NCBI GenBank assembly: GCA_965216755.1
Contig: CBDCGL010000011.1
Location: 672,001 to 736,000 of the forward strand
Direction: 5' to 3'
Length of the DNA stretch: 64,000 bases
Origin: Alphaproteobacteria bacterium
GTDB lineage: Bacteria; Pseudomonadota; Alphaproteobacteria; UBA7887
Shown here: in pieces, positions 28,704 to 38,911 of the stretch
How positions within the stretch are numbered: position 1 is the stretch's first letter
Layout: each line of letters opens with the position of its first letter
Notes under the pieces: model-generated
Databases searched by the model: none
The model's input: only the letters and a program-made list of their open reading frames with translations
What the model was told of the DNA's origin: nothing
Program-made: the position numbers and the translations under genes

Positions 28704-30842
28704 GTGCCGATGACAGCGCTGCGAAATCTGGACGCGTTGCTCAAGCCCCGGGCGATCGCCATCGTGGGTGCGACGCCAGATGTCCGCCGGGTCGGCGGCC
28801 GACCCTTGTCATTCTTGCGCCGCTACGCGTTCCCGGGACGGATTTATCCGATCAATCCCAAATATGACAACATCGATGGCACGCCATGTTTTCCGTCGAT
28901 TGATGCATTAACCGACACACCCGACTTGGCCGTGATCGCAGTACCGGCGACCGGCGTTCTGGATGCCGTACGAGCGTGTCAGACGCGCGGCATCCCGGCC
29001 ATCAACATCTACACCAGCGGTTTTGGCGAAATCGGCGCCGAGGGCCAAGTCATGCAGGACGCACTGCGCGACATGGCCGAACGCCACGGCACCGTGATTT
29101 GCGGCCCTAATAGTCAAGGTGTGGCCAATTTTCTTGACAACATGTGCGCCAACTTCTCGTCAACGCTGGGCCGCGACAAGGTGGCTCCAGGACCGGTGGC
29201 ATTCGCCGGGCAGAGTGGACTTTTTGCAGGTGTGCTTGCCGCAGAGTGCTATAGCCGTGGCCTTGGCATTGGCTATTTGATTAGCACCGGCAATGAAGTT
29301 GCCGCCGATATTTCCGATTTCATTGCCTATATGGCCGCGGATCCACGCATTCGTGTCGTCGCCGGCTATTTGGAAGGCGTACGGGACGGCGGCAAGCTAC
29401 TTGCCGCCGCACGCGCCGCACGCGCGCATGGCAAGCCAGTGGTGATCTTGAAGGTTGGGCGCAGCGCCGATAGCGCGGCCGCGGCCGCGTCGCATACCGG
29501 GTCCCTGGCCGGTTCGTACGAGATTTATCAAGCGGCATTTCGCCAGGCCGGAGTTATCGAAGTCGACGATATCGAAGCGTTCTATGACGCCATCGAGCTA
29601 TTCGCGACGGGCGCGACGGCGACCGCCGGCAACCGCATTGGCATCGTTACAAATTCTGGCGGCATTGGTGTGTTCGCCTCTGACAAAGTGCTCGAACTGG
29701 GTATGGCCATGGCCAAATTCGGTGATCCGACGACAGCCGCGATCTCCGAACGTTTGCCCGCCTTCGGTTCGCCGCGCAACCCGGTCGACTTCACGTTGCA
29801 GGCCTTCCATGACGCCGAGTCGGTCGGCAGCCATGTCCGCAATGTCAAGCTGGACGACAATGTTGATGCCGTCGCGGCGTTTTTTGGCGTCCAGATGCTA
29901 AATATTCCGGCTGTGGTCGATGCGATGTCGTCGGCCAACGCGGTCAATCAAAAACCCATGGTCGTTGGCTGGATGCATGGCGATCCGGACGGCCCCAAAG
30001 GCCTGCGTGCCGTCGGCATCCCGACATTCGCCGATCCGCTACGGGCCCTGAAGGCCTTGCGGACATTGGTTGATTTCGGCCGTGCGCCCGCTCCGGCAAC
30101 AACGCCGCAGATACGCGCGGGCAAACGGATCCGTTCTGCGGCGGACATGATCAGTGGTTGGGCCCGACAGGGCCGCCGGCAACTGGCCGAGAATGCCGGC
30201 AAGACTATTCTTGCCGCCGCTGGAGTTCCCGTGGCGCGTGCGGTCTTGGCCGCTGATGCCGAGGCAGCGGTGCGCGCCGCCGAAGATATTGGCTATCCCG
30301 TTGTTCTGAAGGTCGAGTCTGCTGATATCCCGCACAAGACGGAGGCCGGCGGTGTAAGGATTGGCATTGATGGGCCGGCTTCTGTGCGCACCGCGTTCAG
30401 TGGGATTATGGCTGCGGCGCGCGCATATGCGCCAACAGCCGTTCTCGACGGGGTCAGCGTGCACGAATTCATCGACGATGCCACGGAACTCATCGTTGGG
30501 ATCAAACGCGATCCTGTCTTCGGCCCGGTGATATTGCTTGGTGCGGGTGGCATTTTGGCTGAGATTCTCAAAGATACCGCGTTGCGAGTCTTGCCGTTGT
30601 CCGAGGGTGACGCCGAAGCGATGATCGGGTCGCTGAGCCTTTATCCGGTTTTGGCGGGCGCCCGAGGCAGGCCGCCACGGGATGTCGCGGCGGTAGCCGA
30701 AGTTGTGCAGACGGTCGCCGCTTTGGCACTGGTTTCCGAAAACTTGGCTGAGCTCGATATCAATCCACTTATGGTGCGCAAAGCTGGTGAAGGCGTGCGT
30801 GCGGCGGACGCACTGATAACGCTCGATAGTGTCGATTACTAG
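28704..30842 (+). CDS. ADP-forming acyl-CoA synthetase (CoA-binding + ATP-grasp fusion)
   Basis: PRAIAIVGA, GPNSQG, STGNE, ASHTGSLAG (phospho-His), GYPVVLK...HKTEAGGV, ELDINPL. Confidence 0.92.
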   Translation: MPMTALRNLDALLKPRAIAIVGATPDVRRVGGRPLSFLRRYAFPGRIYPINPKYDNIDGTPCFPSIDALTDTPDLAVIAVPATGVLDAVRACQTRGIPAINIYTSGFGEIGAEGQVMQDALRDMAERHGTVICGPNSQGVANFLDNMCANFSSTLGRDKVAPGPVAFAGQSGLFAGVLAAECYSRGLGIGYLISTGNEVAADISDFIAYMAADPRIRVVAGYLEGVRDGGKLLAAARAARAHGKPVVILKVGRSADSAAAAASHTGSLAGSYEIYQAAFRQAGVIEVDDIEAFYDAIELFATGATATAGNRIGIVTNSGGIGVFASDKVLELGMAMAKFGDPTTAAISERLPAFGSPRNPVDFTLQAFHDAESVGSHVRNVKLDDNVDAVAAFFGVQMLNIPAVVDAMSSANAVNQKPMVVGWMHGDPDGPKGLRAVGIPTFADPLRALKALRTLVDFGRAPAPATTPQIRAGKRIRSAADMISGWARQGRRQLAENAGKTILAAAGVPVARAVLAADAEAAVRAAEDIGYPVVLKVESADIPHKTEAGGVRIGIDGPASVRTAFSGIMAAARAYAPTAVLDGVSVHEFIDDATELIVGIKRDPVFGPVILLGAGGILAEILKDTALRVLPLSEGDAEAMIGSLSLYPVLAGARGRPPRDVAAVAEVVQTVAALALVSENLAELDINPLMVRKAGEGVRAADALITLDSVDY

Positions 30843-30863
30843 AATGCACAGTGTGCGACAGCG

Positions 30864-32915
30864 TTATGCGGCGACCTCGGCGAGGGGACAGATCTCCGGG
30901 TTCCATGGGGAGTTGGCCAGCCAGCTAATAAGATCGTCGGAAGCCAGCGGACGACTGTACAAATAGCCCTGGCCCACATTGCACCCCATCTCGGCCAGTT
31001 CAACCGATATATCAGGGCTCTCGATACCTTCCGCCACGACTTTCAATTCGAGTCCGTGGGCCAAGCCAATCGTCGAGGCGACAATTTTGCGGCTCCGATC
31101 GTCGTCGAGCATGTCGACGACAAAGCTCTTGTCTATCTTTAGCTCATGGGCTTGCAAATCTTTTAGGTAAGCAAGAGAAGAAAACCCGGTTCCGAAATCG
31201 TCGATCGACAGCCGCAACCCCATCTCGGATAGTTGTCGTGTCACCTCTTTCGCCCGCTCCGGATCGGACATCAACACGGTTTCGGTGATTTCGATCACCA
31301 GACGTTTCGCGGGGACGGCCCACCGATTCAGTGTCCGTGCGACGCTGGTCAAGAACAGCGGATCCTGGAACGTTCGCGTGGACATATTGATGGACATATC
31401 CAGGTCGATGCCTTGCTGGCGCCATGCGGCCATCTGGCTGATCGTGGTCTCGAGCACCCAATCACTGAGCGGCACGATCAAGTCCGTCTGTTCAGCGAAA
31501 GGAACGAACTCGTCAGGCGAAATAGACCCATGGGTCGGATGGTTCCAACGGATAAGAGCCTCGACACCCGTGACCCGATGTCTGGCTAGATCGAGCTTGG
31601 GCTGGTAATGCATTTCCAGTTCCCCGTTCTCGATCGCGCCGCGCAAGGCACCTGTCAGGGTCAAGTGGCGGACGCTGTAGAAGTCCGCGTCAGCGTCGTA
31701 GACACAGTAGCCCGACACGGATTTCTTCGCGGCGTACATGGCCACGTCGGCACGTTGCACAAGTTCAGCTTTCGAGGTGGCGTGATCGGGAAACATGGCG
31801 ATGCCGATACTGGCACCGACTTCGAACTTCAAGTGATCGATGGCGAATTGTTCTTGTAAAGACTTGAGAATAACCTCTGCGAGGGCGACGACATCCGCAA
31901 GCTCTGTCGCTTCGGGCAAGAGAACGCCAAATTCGTCGCCGCCAAGCCGTGCAATCGTATCGTTGTCGCGAAGATGGCGGCGAAACCGCGCACCGACCTG
32001 AACCAAGACCTGGTCGCCGATGGCGTGACCAAGTGTGTCATTGATCACCTTGAAGCGGTCGAGATCAATCAACATCACAGCGAATGGTTCGCCGTTTTCG
32101 TTTGAAGAATCTATGGCCTGCTGGGCGCGGTCGAAAAAGACATTGCGGTTCGGTAAGTCGGTCAGGGGGTCATGTTCGGCCAAATAGCGCGTTCGGCGTT
32201 CGGTCTGCGTCGCGTTGCGCTCAGCCCTGTAGGCGTTGATGGTCTCGGTGGTGAGCAGCGCAATGAAAATCGCAACGGCAACCAGAAATCCCGCCAACAT
32301 CCATTTGTTCATGCCGATCAGCCAACGAACGTTTCTCAGATCGCCGTCCTGCAATTGTTGACGCACCGATGCGATGTCAAGAGCAAGCTGACGCAGTGCA
32401 TTGGTTGGTTCGATGAGAATGTTTTCGACGCGTTCAAGGTGCTCAAGGTTGCCGCGTAAATCTTGAGAACTGTTGATGATCGGTTCGATGCGGTCCAAAG
32501 CGCCTGTCAGTATGTCCGATGCGTTTTCAATGCTAATGGCAGAACCGAGCGGAGATTGCTGGTGGTTGTGCAGCATGATTGCGTTTGCGGACCGCACACT
32601 GGCCAATCGGCGTCGGACAATTTCAATCTTCGTATCATCTCGACCGGCAACGTGACGCGTCAAGTGTGACCTGAACTCTTGCAGCTCATGGTCCATTTCC
32701 TGAATCGCCCACGCATCGACACGAATGTAGCGCGTTAGGCCGTTCGTCTGGCGTTCCAAGATGCTGGTTACCTGCCACGCCGCAATGGCAGCGAGAATGA
32801 GAATGGCGGCAAAGAACGCGAAACGCGCGAGCCGCAAGCGTGCGCTGCGGGATTGAGGTAATGCGTCCAAACCTGGTAAGCGCAATCGACGAAATATTGT
32901 AGGTGCGATGTTCAC
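30864..32915 (-). CDS. Membrane-anchored GGDEF-EAL diguanylate cyclase/phosphodiesterase
   Basis: Two TMs around a periplasmic helical domain; HDPLTDLPNR, DLDRFK, RLGGDEF, EALIRW, DDFGTGFSSL, EGIE. Confidence 0.93.
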   Translation of the reverse strand: MNIAPTIFRRLRLPGLDALPQSRSARLRLARFAFFAAILILAAIAAWQVTSILERQTNGLTRYIRVDAWAIQEMDHELQEFRSHLTRHVAGRDDTKIEIVRRRLASVRSANAIMLHNHQQSPLGSAISIENASDILTGALDRIEPIINSSQDLRGNLEHLERVENILIEPTNALRQLALDIASVRQQLQDGDLRNVRWLIGMNKWMLAGFLVAVAIFIALLTTETINAYRAERNATQTERRTRYLAEHDPLTDLPNRNVFFDRAQQAIDSSNENGEPFAVMLIDLDRFKVINDTLGHAIGDQVLVQVGARFRRHLRDNDTIARLGGDEFGVLLPEATELADVVALAEVILKSLQEQFAIDHLKFEVGASIGIAMFPDHATSKAELVQRADVAMYAAKKSVSGYCVYDADADFYSVRHLTLTGALRGAIENGELEMHYQPKLDLARHRVTGVEALIRWNHPTHGSISPDEFVPFAEQTDLIVPLSDWVLETTISQMAAWRQQGIDLDMSINMSTRTFQDPLFLTSVARTLNRWAVPAKRLVIEITETVLMSDPERAKEVTRQLSEMGLRLSIDDFGTGFSSLAYLKDLQAHELKIDKSFVVDMLDDDRSRKIVASTIGLAHGLELKVVAEGIESPDISVELAEMGCNVGQGYLYSRPLASDDLISWLANSPWNPEICPLAEVAA

Positions 32916-32929
32916 GTTTACCGTCCAGA

Positions 32930-34255
32930 TTATTGAAGAAGCGTAATGCCGCGCTTGTAGGGTCCCGGTAGCGCGTTGCGGCAATTTGCGCTCGTTACGT
33001 CAATCGAAAGGCCGCTGTTTCCCGCAAACGTCATGTCGTTTGCGATCAAAACAGTACAGGCGTTTTCGGGTGTAATGCTATTGGTACTTTTCGATGCAAG
33101 GCTAGCGGTTGGCAGATAGATGACACCGCGCAAGAAGGCTGACGAGTTGCCGTGCCATTCGTGGAGACCAGTGTAGCGCGGGTCTTGAAAAATCAATATG
33201 CCTTCAAGGTCGCCAGATTCCGGCGCACCTAGCGAGATCGTCGAGTTCGCACCAAAATAAATAAGGCTCGTTTCACCGGTCAAAAATATGGTCACGCCAT
33301 TACCGCGAAGACCCGCGTTGTCGAGAACGTGCAAGGGACCGTCGCGGATGATATAGAGACCCGCACTCAACGTGATCTCAGATTCGCCTGCAATCTCGAG
33401 GCCCCCGCAATAGACTCCTGGCGATAATGTATCGCGCACGTCAACATAGCTGGCATTGTTCTCCAGACAGCCGCCGTATATTGGCGTTTCCAGTCCCGCC
33501 AATGGATCGTTGTGCGCGACGCAATACTCCGTCGGCTCGACAGATAAGAGCGATGCTCTGCCAACATCTGCGGTGCCGGCGACGCATATATCGTTTGTTT
33601 GAAGCTCGGTGCTGCTGGTGGCACTAAAGGCGCCAACCGCCGTTGAGTTCGCCTGCACACCGCAGCCGATGGTCTCCACGAACACATTTCCGCTGAGCGA
33701 CAAGGACGGTGCGAGAACAGGATCCAGGGCCAACACACAAGGGGGGCCACCCCGGCCAGCCACTGCGCTGATTGAAACGTCGACACCTTCTGTGCCGACG
33801 ACGGATGCGAAAAATGTCGAGGCCTGATTTCCGTTAGCACTAGCCGCGCGCGTCGTCACACGCACTGCGGTACCGTCAAAGACGCGTTCTTGGTCGCCTG
33901 CCGGCGTAAAAGTTCGCGTGTCTGAATCCCAACTGCCGATTTCGATATCGGCGGCCGTAAGCACGTTGCCGTACTTCGAGCTCGGCATGTTCTTTTCAGC
34001 GTATTCCAAGGCAATGGACCTAGCCGCATCGGCATTAGGAAGCGCTGACGCCGCCGCGAGGGCTGCCGCATCTGCGGTCATCGACAAAGACCGCTGCAAT
34101 GCCGTTGCCCTGACATAATCGACGCCGAGGGCACCGGCTGCGAAGATGACAATGAGCCCAACGGCCGAAATGGGTGCCAAGCTGCCACGCGTATCGTACG
34201 CGAAGGTGCGCAAGATATTTTGGCACCGATTGATGATGCGGCGGCGGAACGACAC
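32930..34255 (-). CDS. TadG-like Flp pilus-associated protein with a Cys/Gly-rich C-terminal domain
   Basis: DTRGSLAPISAVGLIVIF...VDY...ADAAALAAA N-terminus; DIEIGSWD; CVLALDP, LSPGVYCGGLEI, LRGVIYLP. Confidence 0.82.
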   Translation of the reverse strand: MSFRRRIINRCQNILRTFAYDTRGSLAPISAVGLIVIFAAGALGVDYVRATALQRSLSMTADAAALAAASALPNADAARSIALEYAEKNMPSSKYGNVLTAADIEIGSWDSDTRTFTPAGDQERVFDGTAVRVTTRAASANGNQASTFFASVVGTEGVDVSISAVAGRGGPPCVLALDPVLAPSLSLSGNVFVETIGCGVQANSTAVGAFSATSSTELQTNDICVAGTADVGRASLLSVEPTEYCVAHNDPLAGLETPIYGGCLENNASYVDVRDTLSPGVYCGGLEIAGESEITLSAGLYIIRDGPLHVLDNAGLRGNGVTIFLTGETSLIYFGANSTISLGAPESGDLEGILIFQDPRYTGLHEWHGNSSAFLRGVIYLPTASLASKSTNSITPENACTVLIANDMTFAGNSGLSIDVTSANCRNALPGPYKRGITLLQ

Positions 34256-34262
34256 GGCGGTA

Positions 34263-34715
34263 CTATTCCTTCACCATGGTGCCGGATGCGGCCAAGACCA
34301 GCGTGTCGTCGTCGAGGATCCCTTTCATATTGAACAAGGTGACCTCGCTCACCGGGACCCGCAGATCGACCGTTATGTCAAATCGGCCGGAACGCAGCTC
34401 GATCTCTTCGATGTTAACCTTTAGCGACGTTTCGCTGAGGCTCGGGAGCTGCTCGAATATGAACTCTTTGGTTTCGCCTTCGGTCATGGCGTCCATGGCC
34501 AGCCGACGCACAGCCGTTTGGGCAGTGGACGCCATTTGCGCCTGAATCTGAAAGGCGTGGGCGAACTCGACAATGCCGCCCAAGAGCGTAATCAAAATCG
34601 GCGCGATGACAGCAAATTCGACCGCGCTTGTGCCGCGCTGATCCGCCGCGAAAACGCGCGTTAATTTGCGCCCAAAGTTAGGCAAGCATCTAAGGATTTG
34701 GGTCGTCGCCGACAT
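34263..34715 (-). CDS. TadE-like pseudopilin
   Basis: DQRGTSAVEFAVIAPILITLLGGIVEF prepilin motif (G|xxxxE). Confidence 0.88.
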   Translation of the reverse strand: MSATTQILRCLPNFGRKLTRVFAADQRGTSAVEFAVIAPILITLLGGIVEFAHAFQIQAQMASTAQTAVRRLAMDAMTEGETKEFIFEQLPSLSETSLKVNIEEIELRSGRFDITVDLRVPVSEVTLFNMKGILDDDTLVLAASGTMVKE

Positions 34716-34855
34716 GTGCGTTGTTCTGCCTCTTGCGTTCGCTCCCAACGCTCACTTCCCTGGCAGAATCTTTGTCGTTATTTGCGGGAAATTATCAGGA
34801 CTCGGCCGAACCGCCATGGTTCGATCGGCCTATGTGACGTTGAACACGCCACATG

Positions 34856-34905
34856 CGTGACGGCTGTCACCTGAATGAGGCAAACCGCATGTGACGGCCG
34901 TCACA
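34856..34905. promoter_or_regulatory. Tandem CRP-type boxes (TGTGA-N6-TCACA)
   Basis: Perfect TGTGA-CGGCCG-TCACA at 34890-34905 and near-match CGTGA-CGGCTG-TCACC at 34856-34871. Confidence 0.65.
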
Positions 34906-35130
34906 TTTCTTGCCATTTGCCCAACAAAATCCACAACCTAGGGCAGAATTGGGAAGTTGCCGGCAACCCAAAATCGATTGTGCCTGTGGGGTCTGAGCCC
35001 AAACACGTCACAGCGGCAAATCCTGATGTCACATATGTACTTATGTGGTTCATGTTCTTGATCGAGATTATCGATCGGCGCTGCCGACCTCTGCACCCTT
35101 GAGGCCGAAAGAAGAGGCAAGGGGAGAGCA

Positions 35131-35715
35131 ATGGCGCGAAATGTGACAATCATCGACGGGCATCCAGATACCGATCAACATCGACTATGCCATGCCCTCG
35201 CGGCCGCCTATGAAGAGGGGGCCCGTGCTGGTGCTCATGCCGTCAGACGGATCGACATTGCCACACTCGAGTTCTCAATCCTGCGATCCCAGTCAGAGTT
35301 TGAAGGCAAGCCAGTTGCGCCGGATATCGCCCGGGCCCAAGACGCGATCCGTTGGGCCGACCATGTCGTGATTATCTACCCCCTGTGGCTCGGCACGATG
35401 CCGGCCTTGCTGAAGGCGTTTATCGAGCAGACCTTTCGTCCGAATTTCGGATTTGATTACGGCAGTGGCAAGTGGCCCAAGCCTGGTCTCAAGGGGCGGT
35501 CGGCGCATGTGGTGATCACTATGGGCATGCCGGCCTTTGCGTATCGCTGGTTCTTCGGCGCGCATAGCTTGAAAAGCCTTGAGCGAAATATCCTCAGGTT
35601 TTGTGGCTTCAAGCCTGTCCGCGATACGATCTTTGGCATGGTCGAGGGGGGCAGCAATGCCAAACGGGCTGGTTGGTTGGACCGCATGCGTGGCTATGGA
35701 CGGATGGCGAAATAG
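35131..35715 (+). CDS. NAD(P)H-dependent quinone oxidoreductase (flavodoxin-like fold)
   Basis: IIDGHP, WADHVVIIYPLWLGTMPALLKAFIE, LKGRSA, TMG. Confidence 0.9.
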   Translation: MARNVTIIDGHPDTDQHRLCHALAAAYEEGARAGAHAVRRIDIATLEFSILRSQSEFEGKPVAPDIARAQDAIRWADHVVIIYPLWLGTMPALLKAFIEQTFRPNFGFDYGSGKWPKPGLKGRSAHVVITMGMPAFAYRWFFGAHSLKSLERNILRFCGFKPVRDTIFGMVEGGSNAKRAGWLDRMRGYGRMAK

Positions 35716-35793
35716 AGGTGACTTCGCGGGACCGTCGCAATCTGAAATAATGGGCCGGACGGTTTCGGTTTGGGCAACGCGGAGGACGCGGAA

Positions 35794-36516
35794 ATGAGTC
35801 TCAACGGCATCAAGGCGCTGACATTCGATACCGGTGGCACGATCCTGGATTGGCATACCGGTTTTCGCAAAGCCCTGGCTCAAACAGGTGCAAAATACGG
35901 CCTCGATAAGGATTGGGCCGGGCTGACCAACGAAGTACGTCGGCGCGCCCTGAAGCGGATGCTCAATCTCGGCGAGCACGAACCGCCCGCGTACAATTTC
36001 GACGGTGCGCACAGGGCCGCACTCGACGAAGTGATCTCCGAGAATGGCTTGGGCCAATTCACCGATGCTGATCGTCGCGAGATTTGGTGGGACACCGCAC
36101 ACAATTTCCAATGTTGGGCGGATTTCCCTGCGGTGCTGCCACGTCTGCGTGACCAGTATATTTGCGCATCGTTCACACTTCTCAGTTTTCGCCTGATCAT
36201 CGATACGGCCCGGCGCAATGGCCTCAGTTGGGATGCGGTTATTTCATGTGAGGCTATCGGCAAATACAAACTGCTGCCCGAGGCCTATGAAACCGCAGCC
36301 AGATTCCTGCAGTTGGAGCCTGGAGAATGCTGCATGGTCGCGTGCCACAATTTTGACCTGGATGCCGCCAAGAAGGTCGGATTCAAGACCGCTTTTGTAA
36401 GCCGCCCGGATGAATGGGGTGCCGAAGGACCGCCTGACCCGGAACCCAATCCAGAACACGACATTATCGTCGACACCTTCCCCGAACTCGCAAGGGCCCT
36501 GGGTGTGCTAGTCTAG
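35794..36516 (+). CDS. HAD-superfamily hydrolase (haloacid dehalogenase type II-like)
   Basis: KALTFDTGGTILDW, YKLLPEAY, MVACHNFDLDAA, RPDEWG. Confidence 0.88.
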   Translation: MSLNGIKALTFDTGGTILDWHTGFRKALAQTGAKYGLDKDWAGLTNEVRRRALKRMLNLGEHEPPAYNFDGAHRAALDEVISENGLGQFTDADRREIWWDTAHNFQCWADFPAVLPRLRDQYICASFTLLSFRLIIDTARRNGLSWDAVISCEAIGKYKLLPEAYETAARFLQLEPGECCMVACHNFDLDAAKKVGFKTAFVSRPDEWGAEGPPDPEPNPEHDIIVDTFPELARALGVLV

Positions 36517-36615
36517 AGTGTCTGAAGTGCGTCCGAACCTGCGCGTTTCATTACCTCGCCAACTATCTATAACCTATCTCAAACCTGATCGGACCATGAA
36601 CAATTTCGGATCACC

Positions 36616-38910
36616 TTAGGAGTCCGAAATCGTGAAAACGGTATCGTTGAGGACCGGATCATGGGCAACGGCGACCTCGTTGTCGATCAGCGTGCCACAA
36701 CCAGGGCAGAAAAACTGGCGGAACAGCACCGCGTCGTCGATAAAAAGTGCAGGATCGCCGACCAAGGAATTGGCGCAATCGACGGGGTTGTCCTCGCGCG
36801 CGCAGCCGAGCTTGTAGCTTGCCGTGATCGGCCCCAAATCGGTGTTGCACTTGGCGCAGCACCAATAGGTCGATGATTCGTCGCGTCTTATAGAAAGGTA
36901 TGGACTTGCCTCGATTAGCAGGTCGCCCTCGCGTTGGCGCGCGTCTCCACCGTGCCCAGCCACACGTTTGGCGCGGATCGCCGCACGATTCTCTGCCGTG
37001 GCGGCCGGATCGACACAGCCCGTTTCCGAATCGACGATTGCGCCATAAATCGCGCGGGCGGCCTCCACCGTTATGGCATGTTCGTTAAGATCATGTTGGA
37101 TGTCCGCCGGTGCTCGATCCATGGGGTCGCCGAATCCGCCGCCGCCAGTCCAGCGCACAGCATAAACGTCGGACGCAGTTTGTCGGAAATTCTCTTGGCG
37201 CGGCTGTAATGTTACGAAATCGCCATCTATTTCGCTACAGTCATTAGGCATGCGACTATTTGCAATTCGTGTTTGAATGTCGCTGCGGTGGATAAACGTG
37301 TACGCGTTTGTCGTCGATGGATAGCCACCCATCATTCCCGTCGAGGTTGGTATCGCGTTTCCTGACGACAATGTGTCGTGCGTCACGGTCTCCGTATTGT
37401 GGGCAATGAAGCAGCTCTCCGCCGAAAGTCCGCCGCGATATTTTCCGGCCCCGCCGGAGTCGGGCAATTCCTTGCGGTATAAGAACAAGATCGGGAAGTT
37501 TTGCTCAGTATGTTCCACATTCGGTAGCTGGCAAATGGGTGTGCGTGCTTGTCCCCCGGTGTTGATCCCATCCGCCTGAGAAAACGCGCCGATCGCCCCA
37601 CCAATGGGATCGATCAGCAAATAACCGTAGCGATCGCCCCATTGATCGATGCCGCGGAAAATTGTTGCCGGCCATTGGCTGGTGCCACCAATGCACATGA
37701 TATCCTTGCGCATGGTCTTGTCCGGATAGATCATTTTGGAGATCACGTTGTAGGCCGGATACAACGAAATTTCCATGGCTTGGGTCGGGGCCGTCGACAC
37801 CGACGCTGGGAAATTGGCACAATTAAATGTGCCGGGCGAGGGATCGAACACGATGTGCCGGAGCGCGCCACCAACCGCGAAATATTGATCCCAGCACAAC
37901 AATTCATTGATCGCAACGAGGACCGAACCGCGCCAGCCGGAATAGGTGGCGTTCATGGCCCCATCTTGATCCGCCGTGCCTTCATTCTCGAACACCAAAG
38001 TTCGACCGGACTTTCGCAGGCCGATCATAACTCTGTGGGTACGGCGGTCGCCTGGCCGGCACGCCTCGACATACGTGCGATCCAGCCAATAGCCATCCGG
38101 CAGCGTGTCCATTTTTCTCAAGAATGCGGCTTCGGCGTTGTCGATAATGCGTTTCATGACGCCTTTGACCGTCGCCGGGCCATAGCGTCGTATAAGATCA
38201 AGAATCCGGTCCCGCGCAGTCACATTGCCGGCCATCTGGGCACGGAAATCCAAGGCCACCATGTCCGGCTTGCGCGATGATCGCAAATAGACGTCTTCGA
38301 TATCGCGGCGGATTTCATTGCCTTCGATGATCTTGATAGGTGGGATCAAGATCCCCTCATCGAACGCGTCTTCGGCGGCGGGGCAGAAACTACCGGGCGT
38401 TATGCCGCCAATGTCATATTGGTGCAAACAATTCGTTACCCAACAGAACAATTCGTCTTGCCAAAACACTGGGCACAGCAGCATCACATCCATTTGATGT
38501 GCCGCACCGACCCAAGGGTCGTTCGCCAGAAACATGTCGCCGTCGCGTATACCGGGATTTTCGCTCCGGTTTTCGAGGGTCCATTTGACCTGAGTATCGG
38601 TGACACCGGACATGTACTGCATGTACGGGCCGAAATAGACAAACTCCGCATCTTCGGTCAGGATCGAGGGATTGAGGTCAAGCGCATACATCGCCACCGG
38701 CGACCCCGATATGCGTTGGATTGTTGCGCCATGTTCTTCGTTGACGTGCCAGAGATTGTGGCGAATTACTTCATAGGTGATTGGGTCCACATCCGTGTCC
38801 CATGACTTGTGCAGCATGAGGGACTCTGAAACGCGGAGTTTCCCAGATGGCACATAGGGAAAATTCACACCGTCGAACGTTGTGCCCGACATTTCACTGA
38901 TGCGAGTCAT
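36616..38910 (-). CDS. Hydantoinase B/oxoprolinase-family subunit fused to an acetone-carboxylase gamma-like domain
   Basis: DPITYEVIRH, DGDMFLANDPW...HQMD, HQYDIGG, DSGGAGKYRGG, GGGGFGDP; C-terminal CAKC...RQFFCPGCG; ATG 38910 with GGAG. Confidence 0.9.
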   Translation of the reverse strand: MTRISEMSGTTFDGVNFPYVPSGKLRVSESLMLHKSWDTDVDPITYEVIRHNLWHVNEEHGATIQRISGSPVAMYALDLNPSILTEDAEFVYFGPYMQYMSGVTDTQVKWTLENRSENPGIRDGDMFLANDPWVGAAHQMDVMLLCPVFWQDELFCWVTNCLHQYDIGGITPGSFCPAAEDAFDEGILIPPIKIIEGNEIRRDIEDVYLRSSRKPDMVALDFRAQMAGNVTARDRILDLIRRYGPATVKGVMKRIIDNAEAAFLRKMDTLPDGYWLDRTYVEACRPGDRRTHRVMIGLRKSGRTLVFENEGTADQDGAMNATYSGWRGSVLVAINELLCWDQYFAVGGALRHIVFDPSPGTFNCANFPASVSTAPTQAMEISLYPAYNVISKMIYPDKTMRKDIMCIGGTSQWPATIFRGIDQWGDRYGYLLIDPIGGAIGAFSQADGINTGGQARTPICQLPNVEHTEQNFPILFLYRKELPDSGGAGKYRGGLSAESCFIAHNTETVTHDTLSSGNAIPTSTGMMGGYPSTTNAYTFIHRSDIQTRIANSRMPNDCSEIDGDFVTLQPRQENFRQTASDVYAVRWTGGGGFGDPMDRAPADIQHDLNEHAITVEAARAIYGAIVDSETGCVDPAATAENRAAIRAKRVAGHGGDARQREGDLLIEASPYLSIRRDESSTYWCCAKCNTDLGPITASYKLGCAREDNPVDCANSLVGDPALFIDDAVLFRQFFCPGCGTLIDNEVAVAHDPVLNDTVFTISDS

Positions 38911-38911
38911 A

